A stretch of 64,000 bases of DNA from Minisyncoccota bacterium (GCA_041666915.1 JBAYFZ010000001.1:354508-418507); one strand, 5' to 3'; counted from the first letter of the stretch, positions 10,161 through 19,316 are shown. Numbers and translations are program-made. The notes: a model not told the origin generated them from the letters alone.

Positions 10161-11076
10161 GACAAAACAAAAAACTATGCCCACCCCCTTCTCCTTCTTC
10201 GGATCCTCACGTTTCTCGGTAATAGTTCTCGAGCAACTTTTTCGTAAAGGATTGATCCCTTCATACATCATAACAACGGTAGACAAACCAATTGGACGAA
10301 AACAAATCATAACAGCCAACGTGGTCAAACAATGGGCCAATGAAAAAAATATTCCTGTTTATGACCCAGCCAAATTGAATCAGGAATTCGTAGATCAATT
10401 GATTAAATTAAATAAAAATACGGACGGTTCAGAAAAATGTCCAGTTTTCCTAGTCGCTTCTTACGGCAAAATAATTCCAAAGGTAATAATAGACTTACCT
10501 TCAAGAAAAACCCTCAACATCCACCCTTCTCTATTACCAAAATATCGTGGACCTTCCCCATTACCTTCGGCAATGTTGGATGACGATAAAAAGACTGGTG
10601 TGACTATCATGAGAATAGATGAGGAGATGGACCACGGCCCAATCGTAGCAAAGAAAGAAGTTGTGGTAACCGAATGGCCTATTTATGAAAAATACGAAGC
10701 AATGATGGCGGACGAAGGAGCAAAATTATTTGCAGAAATATTACCAAAATGGATAGCGGGAGAAATCAAAGAGCAAGAACAGGATCATTCCATTGCTACA
10801 TATACAAAAAAGATTACAAAAGAAGATGGGTTAATTGACCTCTCCGGTGACGCTTATACCAATTTTAGAAAAATCCAAGCCTACCACGAATGGCCAAAAG
10901 CGTATTTCTTCATGAAGCATACCGCCCGTTCGACCGGCTCAGGGCAAGACAAAGAAATCCGTGTAAAAATAACTGAGGCAAGTTTCAGTGATGGTCAATT
11001 GAAAATTCAGAAAGTAATTCCTGAGGGCGCAAAAGAGATGGCATACGAAGACTTCCTTCGTGGTTACAAAAATTGA
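10159..11076 (+). CDS. fmt: methionyl-tRNA formyltransferase
   Basis: Formyltransferase core with the HPSLLPKYRG motif and a C-terminal Fmt domain. The true start may be an internal Met because the first codons lie inside the repeat. Confidence 0.85.
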   Translation: MTKQKTMPTPFSFFGSSRFSVIVLEQLFRKGLIPSYIITTVDKPIGRKQIITANVVKQWANEKNIPVYDPAKLNQEFVDQLIKLNKNTDGSEKCPVFLVASYGKIIPKVIIDLPSRKTLNIHPSLLPKYRGPSPLPSAMLDDDKKTGVTIMRIDEEMDHGPIVAKKEVVVTEWPIYEKYEAMMADEGAKLFAEILPKWIAGEIKEQEQDHSIATYTKKITKEDGLIDLSGDAYTNFRKIQAYHEWPKAYFFMKHTARSTGSGQDKEIRVKITEASFSDGQLKIQKVIPEGAKEMAYEDFLRGYKN

Positions 11077-11276
11077 GTAAAACTAAGTTTAAAAACTACT
11101 AAAAACAGTATCCCAAGATACATAAGATTCTCCTAGAATGTAAGCTTTTTCTGTAAAATAATACAGGACTACCCAAAAACAGAATAGAGAAATAAAAGCA
11201 ATACAAAGCCATTGATTTACTGGCTGTCTCGCTTCTGACATACTAAAGAAATTCTTGTCCATTACAACTTTTTCAA

Positions 11277-11654
11277 TTAAGCCTTATCACCCCAAGGCCA
11301 TAGACCTTTTACAAAACCTTTCATCTTGGCACCACTCCTTCTGAGCAAAGAAACTTTTTTGCTTTTGACAACACGGAGTTCATTCATCATTTCTTCTTGA
11401 GCCATATCAATAGCGGTGTAGAGATCACTTCTCTCTGAACTAACATAAGCATTTTTACCAACGGCAACGATGTGAATTTCTGCTTTGAAAATCTCACCCT
11501 TCTGATGATGTTCGGTTGTCTTGGCTAGTTCCACATCACACAGAGCTGTAGGATCATTGCCGAGTAGTGAATTAAACTTTTGCAAACGCTTGTCGGCATA
11601 TTCTGAAATAGCTGGAGTAAGAGTGATGTTGGTAACTTTTATGTTTATCTTCAT
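11277..11654 (-). CDS. hpf: ribosome hibernation promoting factor / ribosome-associated inhibitor A family
   Basis: 125 aa; MKINIKVTNITLTPAISEY...HIVAVGKNAYVSSERSDLYTAIDMAQEEM matches the sigma-54 modulation protein fold. Confidence 0.8.
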   Translation of the reverse strand: MKINIKVTNITLTPAISEYADKRLQKFNSLLGNDPTALCDVELAKTTEHHQKGEIFKAEIHIVAVGKNAYVSSERSDLYTAIDMAQEEMMNELRVVKSKKVSLLRRSGAKMKGFVKGLWPWGDKA

Positions 11655-11753
11655 GTCTTTGAATATTAACTATTGGTAAATATTAATCGCAATAATCGCA
11701 CAGCACCAATCTCTTTCACACTCTTTCCTATTCCTGTATCAATTTTAGCATAA

Positions 11754-11975
11754 TCAATCATTCTCTTCTACGGAAATAAGTTTGCTCCTAGAATGATGAC
11801 CGTTGATGATCCTAACCAAAGTATTTGGATACATCTTCTGAACAAGTGCAATTATACGTTTGTTTGCCAAATTTTGTTTAGCTGGCTCTTTGACTGATAT
11901 TTCAAAATGATCAGCCGAGATTTTCTTGATCTCTTCCTTATTAGCACCTGTAGTGGCTTTTACGTGGATGTACAT
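11754..11975 (-). CDS. DUF167 (YggU-like) small protein
   Basis: 73 aa; the VKATTGANKEEI...ISVKEPAKQNLANKRII pattern resembles the YggU family. Confidence 0.5.
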   Translation of the reverse strand: MYIHVKATTGANKEEIKKISADHFEISVKEPAKQNLANKRIIALVQKMYPNTLVRIINGHHSRSKLISVEEND

Positions 11976-12068
11976 TTTGATATGGCTTTTGATTTCAGTC
12001 GCTAGATGTGCTACATTTTCTCATGTAAGTACATTAAAAGAAACGTAGACGAAAGTCTATTAATACAT

Positions 12069-12388
12069 TCCGGAGTAGCTCAGCGGTAGAGCGATCGCCT
12101 GTAGAGTATGCAGCTTTCTGTCGAAAGGCAGATCGAATAACGAGGTGAATTCGGGGAAACCCCAAACGTAATTGTGGGCAATCCCGAGCCGAGCCCGCCA
12201 AATGGTGGGAAGGTGTAGAGACTATCCAATTTTGGAGTAGCTTGAATTATTTATATAATAATTCTTGCGAAGCCCCTCGTCCCTAAACTGTGGCATTGCC
12301 ACGATATGGGAATGATATAGTCCGTACCATTAGTAATAATGGATTAAACGTAAGCGATTGGTCACAGGTTCGAATCCTGTCTCCGGAG
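12069..12388 (+). tRNA. tRNA-Asn(GUU) interrupted in the anticodon loop (between positions 35 and 36) by a group I intron; mature tRNA 72 nt
   Basis: The 5' exon 12069-12102 is TCCGGAGTAGCTCAGCGGTAGAGCGATCGCCTGT. The 3' exon 12351-12388 is TAAGCGATTGGTCACAGGTTCGAATCCTGTCTCCGGAG. Joined, they give a perfect cloverleaf with acceptor TCCGGAG/CTCCGGA, anticodon stem ATCGC/GCGAT, loop CUGUUAA and discriminator G73. Confidence 0.85.
12103..12350 (+). ncRNA. group I self-splicing intron (248 nt) within tRNA-Asn
   Basis: Core elements are recognisable: P-like AATTGTGGGCAA, Q-like AATCCCGAGC, R-like GTAGAGACTATCC, S-like GATATAGTCC. A P9 hairpin CCATTAGTAATAATGG precedes the terminal omega-G at 12350. 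The 5' exon ends in U, which can pair in P1 (CUGU/GCAG). Confidence 0.75.
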
Positions 12389-13933
12389 CAAAGCTGGATG
12401 AAGGGGCGTAATAACGCCCTTTTGTCCTTTCTGGACAAGGGTTTTCTGTGGTTCGAAAAGCTTTTCTGAGTCAATCTTCTCTTGAACACGTTTAGCAATC
12501 ATCTCCACCGATTTCTCCAATGTATAGCTCACTTTTTCGTTGTTAATGACTAAGTTCGAAAAAATCTTCTTCAGAATCATTCGACGTTCCATTGGATTTC
12601 TTTTTTCATAAATCTCTCGGGACCTTCGAGCTATGTCAATAATATCAATGTATCGTTCGAAATATTTAACCTCATCATTCTTGAGTCTCGCAATTTGTGA
12701 TTGGATTCCTTCCTGTTCAGACATTATCTCCGCTTGTTTTGACTCCCAGCGGTCCCTAGTAATCTTCTCGTCTAAGTGATCATCATAAAGTATGTCCAAT
12801 CGCTTCTGTAGGCTGTTATAGCGTTCCTGAAGAGCTTTTAACATATTCTCCTTGTATTCAGATTCGCCTTTATGATCATCACGGATCTTTTGATATAGTT
12901 GCTCAGCTTCGACAGGTGTAATTGCCTCAAATATTCTAAATACAGACAAGATCGAGTTCTCAATTTCTTCTTCTCGAGTCGAATACCTCTGTGAGCAAGT
13001 CTTGTAGTGCTTACATGAGTAATAAATATGACCTTTCTGGACCTCCCCGTAGATTGTACTGCCACATTCTCCACAATGAATCATCTTAGAGAATATATGC
13101 TGACGCCTCTTATAATGTGGCGCACCGTCCCGGACCAAAGCTGTTTGCACTGAGTCAAACAGTTCCTTAGATATTAACGGTTCCTGTTTTCCACCTCTAT
13201 ACAAGACTCCCTTCCAAATCATATCTCCATAGAAAAAAGGATCTTTTAGTATCTCATGTAAACAGGACTTACCAAGCTGACAACCATTTCTTGCTCGTAA
13301 TCCCTCTGAGTATAGCTTGTCACTTAGGGCCATCAATGAATAATTGCCTGTAGCATAATATTCAAAAGCCTTTTTCATGAACGGTCCCCGGACCTCATCT
13401 ATGACGTGTATTTTGTGACCCTTGTCGCCAATAGTCTTATATCCGAGTGGTGGCGTACATGGGAGCCAACCCTGAGCGATTTTCTCCTTCTGACCTTTCT
13501 TCACCTCTTCTGAGAGATTGTTGGTGTAGAAGCGTGCAATAGCTATCTTCATATCCCAGACCAGATTCTCGTGAGCACGGGTATTCTTGTTAACTACTGA
13601 ATTCTCCTTCACAAAGTGCACTTCACGAGCTTCATCTTCCTGAATCCAGTCATTAACTATCGAAGCATCTTTCAAATTACGTGTTAGACGATCTATTTTC
13701 TCACAGAGGATAATATTCACATCATTCTTAACTGTATATTCCAACATCTCGTTAAACACAAGGCGTATTTGCTTGCCACTGGCTGATTCACTGATCCTAA
13801 AAACTTTTGATATTGTAAGGTTCCTTTTACCTGCATATTCCTTCAAGAGCTTTTCTTGTGCATCAAGAGAGTAACCGGTTTCCTCCTGTTCTCGAGATGA
13901 TACACGTGCATATATGACGCAGTCGGTTTTCAT
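12362..13933 (-). CDS. large serine recombinase (resolvase/invertase catalytic domain + recombinase domain + zinc ribbon)
   Basis: N-terminal VIYARVSSREQ catalytic-serine motif and DRLTRN; central recombinase domain; Cys-rich segment CGECGSTIYG...YYSCKHYKTC. The 3' end of the ORF overlaps the 3' exon of tRNA-Asn. Confidence 0.85.
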   Translation of the reverse strand: MKTDCVIYARVSSREQEETGYSLDAQEKLLKEYAGKRNLTISKVFRISESASGKQIRLVFNEMLEYTVKNDVNIILCEKIDRLTRNLKDASIVNDWIQEDEAREVHFVKENSVVNKNTRAHENLVWDMKIAIARFYTNNLSEEVKKGQKEKIAQGWLPCTPPLGYKTIGDKGHKIHVIDEVRGPFMKKAFEYYATGNYSLMALSDKLYSEGLRARNGCQLGKSCLHEILKDPFFYGDMIWKGVLYRGGKQEPLISKELFDSVQTALVRDGAPHYKRRQHIFSKMIHCGECGSTIYGEVQKGHIYYSCKHYKTCSQRYSTREEEIENSILSVFRIFEAITPVEAEQLYQKIRDDHKGESEYKENMLKALQERYNSLQKRLDILYDDHLDEKITRDRWESKQAEIMSEQEGIQSQIARLKNDEVKYFERYIDIIDIARRSREIYEKRNPMERRMILKKIFSNLVINNEKVSYTLEKSVEMIAKRVQEKIDSEKLFEPQKTLVQKGQKGVITPLHPALLRRQDSNL

Positions 13934-13976
13934 TTGTTTAATTAATTATATATTATCTTAATTTACTAAAAATTTA

Positions 13977-14459
13977 TTAGGCCTTAAATTTATTGTTAAG
14001 ATATTTCTTACCGTAATTAAGAATATCTATATTTGTGTTGTTTATTTGTTTGCTATATGAAGTAGTTTTTGATATAGCACTACCACTGTTCTCGGCTTTT
14101 CTTGAAACAAGATTGGTACTATTCATGAAACTTAAAAGTAAAGCAACTAATTTTTCTTTATTAATATGAAAATGTCTTTTTGCGGGTATACCTTTTAATT
14201 TAACTTCAAGAATTCCTTTATTCTTACATATCCTAATCGCTGTATCTTGTTCATTTCTCGTTAATGCAGTCTCCATGTATAAATCATCCGCAGTTTTATA
14301 TGTCCAATATTTATCTGCTCCCTTACCATCCCAAAAAAGAAGTTGACAAATTAGTATTCCAGCCTTAACACTTCCTAAAGCTCTAGCAATAATAGCATGA
14401 TAGGCTACGATTTTATCACCTAACAAACCATAAATTACCCTCTGGTGTTTATTACTCAT
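13977..14459 (-). CDS. hypothetical winged-helix protein (possible replication/excision-associated DNA-binding protein)
   Basis: 160 aa; an N-terminal YGLLGDKIVAYHAIIARALGSVKAGILICQLLFW helix-rich segment resembles phage replisome-organiser / DnaD-like N-terminal domains; weak. Confidence 0.35.
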   Translation of the reverse strand: MSNKHQRVIYGLLGDKIVAYHAIIARALGSVKAGILICQLLFWDGKGADKYWTYKTADDLYMETALTRNEQDTAIRICKNKGILEVKLKGIPAKRHFHINKEKLVALLLSFMNSTNLVSRKAENSGSAISKTTSYSKQINNTNIDILNYGKKYLNNKFKA

Positions 14460-14480
14460 ACGATTTTATGTTCCGGACCC

Positions 14481-14521
14481 AATACTGATACCTTAATGGT
14501 CGAAACTAAGGTGTCAGTATT
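14481..14521. repeat. imperfect 15-bp inverted repeat with 11-bp spacer (candidate recombinase binding / attachment site)
   Basis: AATACTGATACCTTA-ATGGTCGAAAC-TAAGGTGTCAGTATT, 14/15 arm match, in the AT-rich gap between the recombinase module and tRNA-Arg. Confidence 0.4.
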
Positions 14522-15021
14522 GATCCCGGGGTTTTGTTTATCCTCATAATCAAACTCGGCGAGTAGATTAAATAACGACGCCAATCCGATAACGTCATTT
14601 TCTTGATTATTTAATTTTGAATTATTTTCGACCATTTGTGTATGATGGTGTGAACGATTTACTCACCATTGACGACCATCATACTAAAACAGCCATTTAC
14701 GTTTAAAATAAAAATTAAATATGGCTTAACTAAGCCAATTATACAAAATAATCCAATACACACTTATTCTTACTCCTATAATATTTTATATTCTTTTCCG
14801 TTGATAAGTAGAACAGGTTTTGATACTATAATCACATATAAGAATACTGACGCCAGAAAGGCCCAGCTGGCGCGCGCCTTCATTAGAAGGAAGAGCGAAT
14901 GGAGGAACTGCCGCCCTCCCAGATCTATCTAAAAAACTTCCTTCAATAAAGGAAGTTTTTTAGTTTAAAACCATTACTTTCTGTTCGACCAATTGGGTAC
15001 AAACTTTAATACAACTAGCAG

Positions 15022-15094
15022 TACCCTCGGAAGGACTCGAACCTTCAACCTTGCCGATAGAAGCGACTTGCTCTGTCCATTGAGCTACGAAGGC
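15022..15094 (-). tRNA. tRNA-Arg(UCU)
   Basis: The reverse complement GCCTTCGTAGCTCAATGGACAGAGCAAGTCGCTTCTATCGGCAAGGTTGAAGGTTCGAGTCCTTCCGAGGGTA folds as a 73-nt cloverleaf with anticodon loop CUUCUAU and T-arm GAAGG-TTCGAGT-CCTTC. Confidence 0.8.
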
Positions 15095-15234
15095 ATAACA
15101 CCTAACAAAAAACCGCAAGAAAGCAACAACCAGTTGGGTTGTCAGCTATTGCGGTTTATCTTCTTCTCTTAATGGAATTCACTATGTTTATTATACTAAC
15201 AGATAAGTATCCAATCCTCAAGAAAGATGCGCCC

Positions 15235-15438
15235 TCAGATTAAAGTTAATCTATACCATATTTTTGCTTCAATTTGAGCAACTCTAGTATCGCTAATATT
15301 AAATTTCTTACCCGTAACCTTTTGAGTATGTCTAATCCCGTCAATTACTCCATACCTATACTCAAAGATGGCTGTATGTCTATCATTTAAGTTTAAAAGT
15401 GGTTTATTATTACAATATTTCTGTATCTGCTTTTTCAT
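15235..15438 (-). CDS. small sigma-70 region-4-like HTH protein
   Basis: 67 aa; C-terminal ISDTRVAQIEAKIWYRL resembles sigma-70 region 4.2 (xSxxRVRQIEAKALRKL). Its start overlaps the recombinase stop. Confidence 0.5.
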   Translation of the reverse strand: MKKQIQKYCNNKPLLNLNDRHTAIFEYRYGVIDGIRHTQKVTGKKFNISDTRVAQIEAKIWYRLTLI

Positions 15439-16796
15439 TATATTTTTATATTTTTAACAAAAGGCATAATATTTTCATAAATATTTTCTGGTTTAATAAT
15501 ATACTCAAGATATTGATTGTCATCTGAAAATAAAACAAAATTGCACTGATTAAAAACATTTGTCGGTATAAGGAAAACATCATCTATCAATTCTTTTTTA
15601 CCTAATGTAATACTAACAGCAAAAACTTTATCGTAACTCCTCTTTTCTTCTTCAATGACAAAGATCGTAGACTTCTTACCAGAATTGACTTCATATGAAT
15701 TAACACTATAAGCAAGAGGAAACTTCTTTATTTTAGATTCAGCATCATCTACACTAAAACCCTCTTTCACAAGGAGTTCTCTCATCTCTCTCTCAACAAA
15801 ATTCTGTGCTTTACGTATCATATAAATACCTTTTTTCCATCTCGAAGGTGTGGACCAAAAGAGACGATCTTGAGCCATCCAAAATATTTTCTCATCAATA
15901 ACAGCCGGAAACGCTTTCGGAGCAATGGCCCACTCATTTCGTGGATTTTTTACCTTCTTCTGCTTTAATTTACCTGATGTCTTATTGTAAAGTCTTGTAC
16001 CAGTATAAACTTCATTCCCTAAAATATGACTAACTTTTCCTTTACTCCATACCCCACCATTCGCAGAAGGAATACTCTTCTCATTTAAAATATCGACAAT
16101 ATCACTTGTGGTAAGCCACTTATTTACAAACATATCGAAAATATCTTTCACTACATCTGTAGTCTCGTCATTAAGGGGTGCAAATGTAACGCGTTGATTA
16201 CTAATTTGTTTATGTTCACCTTTTTTAAGTTCACGTATAGGTTTTTTATTCTCATCCAGAAGAAGCCTTACCATACCATAGCAGGCTGTACCACCAGCAG
16301 AATAACCATCTTTTGAAATCTTCATGCAACCGTACCAAACTTTACCACTCAATTGTCGCGAGTATTGTGCGGCCATCCAACGTTCCATTGGCGTAATGAT
16401 ACTATCAGTTATCTCTTGCTCCTCTCTTGGAAATGGCTTACTTGTGTATAGAACTTTCTTACCATGTTGTTCGCAAAGATGTTCGTAATAAGCTGCTTCG
16501 TTTTGGTTTTGGAATCTACCCCAACGAGAAACATCATATACGAGTATGTAATCGAAGTGGGGTGCGTTTGGATTAAGCACCCAATCTTTCATAAGACTTT
16601 GAAAACCTGGACGGTTTGCCGTTAAACCACTTACACCCTCATCAGCAAGATGATCAATAATTTCTCCACCGAATTTTGTAGCAAAACGTGCATGATGATC
16701 TTTTTGGATAGGAACAGAATTTTCTTGTTTATCTTCAGCAGAATGACGGTTATACGTAATTCCTACCCATATTCGTTTTGATTGTAAAAATTGCAT
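15438..16796 (-). CDS. large serine recombinase (second copy, divergent sequence)
   Basis: N-terminal resolvase-like domain (VGITYNRHSAEDKQ, DVSRWGR) and central recombinase domain (GKVWYGC...ERWMAAQYSRQLS). Confidence 0.75.
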   Translation of the reverse strand: MQFLQSKRIWVGITYNRHSAEDKQENSVPIQKDHHARFATKFGGEIIDHLADEGVSGLTANRPGFQSLMKDWVLNPNAPHFDYILVYDVSRWGRFQNQNEAAYYEHLCEQHGKKVLYTSKPFPREEQEITDSIITPMERWMAAQYSRQLSGKVWYGCMKISKDGYSAGGTACYGMVRLLLDENKKPIRELKKGEHKQISNQRVTFAPLNDETTDVVKDIFDMFVNKWLTTSDIVDILNEKSIPSANGGVWSKGKVSHILGNEVYTGTRLYNKTSGKLKQKKVKNPRNEWAIAPKAFPAVIDEKIFWMAQDRLFWSTPSRWKKGIYMIRKAQNFVEREMRELLVKEGFSVDDAESKIKKFPLAYSVNSYEVNSGKKSTIFVIEEEKRSYDKVFAVSITLGKKELIDDVFLIPTNVFNQCNFVLFSDDNQYLEYIIKPENIYENIMPFVKNIKI

Positions 16797-16797
16797 A

Positions 16798-17655
16798 CTA
16801 GAGAATCTTCTTAAGTTCCGTGATTAAATTCTTTTCTTTTTCATCAAAAGGGATACCATTTTTCCTTTTCTTTTTTACTTCTTCTATAAGTTGTAATATG
16901 TGAAGAGAAAAATCCGATTGAATAGTGTCTCGATCAAGTTCAGCTACCGTTGCATCAGGGTCTGATAAAAATCTATAGATTTCGGCTTCATTGGCAGCGG
17001 CACGGGCAAATATCTTCTGTATCTTGCGAAAATCTTTAGCATTTTTAATAATACGATGCTTAACCTTTTCAAAGAGTATTTTAATTATATCCGGCGTCTC
17101 AAAGTTTCTTATCTTTCTCAATTTTGGCCACAATCTCACGAACTCCATCCGGTACACTTCCTTAAGATCATACTTAACCATAAGCTCAAGATAATCTAAT
17201 TTTTGTTCTCTCAATTGAAGAGACGACGCAATAGTTGTCCTCGAGAGATTCAAAAGTTTTGAAAGTTCTTCATTACTCTTAAGTCCTAGCATTATCTTTG
17301 CTCTATGAAGGGAGTTTGATTTTTCCATAGGTTTCCACCCTTTTCGGTTATTCTGTTTTTCATATCGTCGTATTTCTAACTCTCCATCATCAAGATCTGG
17401 ATAAATCTGACACATAGCTTTTTCTACACCCAGACCTTTTAAACAAAGATAACGACGATGCCCATCAATTATTAAGTAACGATTATCGTCTTTCTGGGTA
17501 ACCATTATCGGTTCTTGAAGTCCAAATTGCTTAAGAGAACTAGTAAGCTTTTCTTGTTCTGATGGATTACCATATTCTTTTCGTGGCTGATTACTATCTA
17601 ATTCAATTTCTGAAATTAATACTTCCTTAAAGATTGTTGTATGTTTCCCTATCAT
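16798..17655 (-). CDS. ParB/Srx-fold nuclease-like domain protein
   Basis: N-terminal ParB box (LIIDGHRRYLCL, GxRR) with a C-terminal helical region. Confidence 0.7.
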   Translation of the reverse strand: MIGKHTTIFKEVLISEIELDSNQPRKEYGNPSEQEKLTSSLKQFGLQEPIMVTQKDDNRYLIIDGHRRYLCLKGLGVEKAMCQIYPDLDDGELEIRRYEKQNNRKGWKPMEKSNSLHRAKIMLGLKSNEELSKLLNLSRTTIASSLQLREQKLDYLELMVKYDLKEVYRMEFVRLWPKLRKIRNFETPDIIKILFEKVKHRIIKNAKDFRKIQKIFARAAANEAEIYRFLSDPDATVAELDRDTIQSDFSLHILQLIEEVKKKRKNGIPFDEKEKNLITELKKIL

Positions 17656-17688
17656 AATAAATGGATGTTATATATTAAAATTAAATAC

Positions 17689-17723
17689 GAGCCAAAAATT
17701 ACCTAAAAGAGCCAAAAATTACC
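17689..17723. promoter_or_regulatory. tandem 15-bp direct repeat GAGCCAAAAATTACC x2 upstream of the ParB-like gene (candidate operator/parS-like site)
   Basis: Two exact copies 5 bp apart, ~35 bp upstream of the ParB-like start codon. Confidence 0.4.
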
Positions 17724-17851
17724 CGTTTTGAAAAAAGCTATCATACAAACAAATGATTGTAAAGATGTAAGACGGCACATTCAATCTTGTTGTATTGCTA
17801 TTTAAAATTAAATATTGTAAATTATAAATAAGTCAATTTAACTATAAAAAC

Positions 17852-18082
17852 ATGAAAAAAGTCTTCATCACATTCTTTGCTTTTGCTTTACTATTTACTT
17901 TCAATAACGCCGAGGCTCGCACAACAAGAGTTAGTGGCTACTACAAGCCTTCTACTGGCACCTACGTAAGTTCGTACTACAAGACGTCACCAAACTCTAC
18001 CAGGCTTGATAATTGGTCAACCAAGGGCAATTACAACCCATATACTGGAAAGAAAGGATACACTAGCCCTTACAAGTGGTAA
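17852..18082 (+). CDS. small secreted Tyr/Ser/Thr-rich protein
   Basis: Signal peptide MKKVFITFFAFALLFTFNNAEA, then YYKPSTGTYVSSYYKTSP-type repeats. Confidence 0.5.
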   Translation: MKKVFITFFAFALLFTFNNAEARTTRVSGYYKPSTGTYVSSYYKTSPNSTRLDNWSTKGNYNPYTGKKGYTSPYKW

Positions 18083-18306
18083 ATGCAGTAACATTAGACT
18101 GCATGAATACAAACTCAATACAAATAAGGAAACTGGACGGGAGCGATCTAGTGGAACTTCTAGTCAAGAACCACAAGCTGTCCCAAGCGGAAGCCGAAAA
18201 AGCCTATCAGACGTACTTGGAAAACGTACGTCCATATTACGACAATCCATCGACACTGGATGGACAAGCCGCAGCAATCGCCGCGTATCACTCGCAAAAG
18301 AATTAG
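18076..18306 (+). CDS. hypothetical small protein
   Basis: 76-aa ORF; helical; no motif. Confidence 0.3.
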   Translation: MVNAVTLDCMNTNSIQIRKLDGSDLVELLVKNHKLSQAEAEKAYQTYLENVRPYYDNPSTLDGQAAAIAAYHSQKN

Positions 18307-18362
18307 AGCGACTATAAAAAAACGACTAAATCCTTAGAGCCTGAAGCATACGACGAAGATAT

Positions 18363-18758
18363 CTATGGGATGCAAATACCCTCAAACCTGCTGATTAGCT
18401 CCCCTTCGTCACTTATCACATCTGGGACCGAGCACCATCTTCCAAAGATATGCCAGACGATATTTCCGGAGTCATTTCTAGTTTTTATGAACTTAGTCAG
18501 GCTGAATGCTATCCACTTACCATCGATTTCGTAGTAGCCACCTGATATATCTCCCGAATCTACGTAAATTATCTTATTCGTCTCCTCATCAGATAGGATT
18601 TTATTTCTGTGGACCCAAAATACTATTCCCGGACCTTCATCAATTTCAGATTTATAGGTTACATTTACATACTCCGTCGACAGGTGGCCACGTATACGAG
18701 CATCAAAAATACATTGCGGAATTGGACACCATGATGGAGCTTTGAAATCTTTGTTCAT
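18363..18758 (-). CDS. hypothetical protein
   Basis: 131-aa ORF, first (3'-most) of nine co-directional genes of unknown function. Confidence 0.4.
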   Translation of the reverse strand: MNKDFKAPSWCPIPQCIFDARIRGHLSTEYVNVTYKSEIDEGPGIVFWVHRNKILSDEETNKIIYVDSGDISGGYYEIDGKWIAFSLTKFIKTRNDSGNIVWHIFGRWCSVPDVISDEGELISRFEGICIP

Positions 18759-18837
18759 TTGATTACAGTTATTCGAAAACTATCCAAGAATAATCTAAGC
18801 TGATTTTCATCCTTTCGTAAATTAGACTTGTCTCAAT

Positions 18838-19287
18838 CTATTTCTTTGCAAGGTTTTCTATGTGTAGAGCTTTTAATTGTTTAACCAGCTTATCATATTC
18901 CTCTTTATTAAACTCGAGTGGAGGATATATTATTAGTTTACCTATCATAGATGGAAAATTACGAACCTCATATCCATCGTTACCATCTGGCATTCGAATT
19001 GGTATTTCAGACACTCTAACTCCATCCATATTTTCTAAAAACCTTTTCCAAATTACTTTATCTTCTCTATGTACAACTTCTACATAGACACCGCAACAGG
19101 CACTTATCAAACATCTTCCGAGACATATTTCATAAAACCCATCTTTTTCTAGGCTTTTTTCAAATTCCTGAATGTTAAAAAATCGTCTCTGAGGATTGCC
19201 ATCCAGCACAACTTCAAAAGCCCCGCTATTAGCAATGAGATCTTTAAACAAAACATCTTTATTTATTCTATATGATAATGTGTTCAT
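18838..19287 (-). CDS. hypothetical protein
   Basis: 149-aa ORF. Confidence 0.4.
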   Translation of the reverse strand: MNTLSYRINKDVLFKDLIANSGAFEVVLDGNPQRRFFNIQEFEKSLEKDGFYEICLGRCLISACCGVYVEVVHREDKVIWKRFLENMDGVRVSEIPIRMPDGNDGYEVRNFPSMIGKLIIYPPLEFNKEEYDKLVKQLKALHIENLAKK

Positions 19288-19316
19288 TTTATTAAATACC
19301 CTTGATTTGTTCTTTG

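Larger units (their letters stand above)
12362..17723. mobile_element. putative integrative-element core: two serine recombinases, WH protein, sigma-R4 protein, ParB-like protein, bracketing tRNA-Arg and abutting tRNA-Asn
   Basis: Recombinase adjacent to and overlapping a tRNA 3' end; second tRNA; ParB-like gene with tandem 15-bp direct repeats upstream. Boundaries are not defined by the sequence alone. Confidence 0.45.

Noticed and set aside
11089-11241. ~50-codon minus-strand ORF (MSEARQPVNQWLCIAFISLFCFWVVLYYF...) between fmt and hpf
   Set aside because: It may be a real small membrane peptide but is below the ORF-track threshold with no clear RBS. It is not reported as a feature for lack of support.
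12069-12388. tmRNA hypothesis for the ~320-nt tRNA-like locus
   Set aside because: The locus has a complete D-arm and anticodon stem, and the exons join into a canonical tRNA-Asn with C3-G70 rather than the G3-U70 Ala identity. The insert carries group I P/Q/R/S elements rather than a tag reading frame and pseudoknots.
14669-14932. 87-aa plus-strand ORF in the AT-rich gap before tRNA-Arg
   Set aside because: It has a low-complexity Ile/Tyr/Lys-rich translation in an intergenic region that looks regulatory (inverted repeat, AT-rich); probably non-coding.
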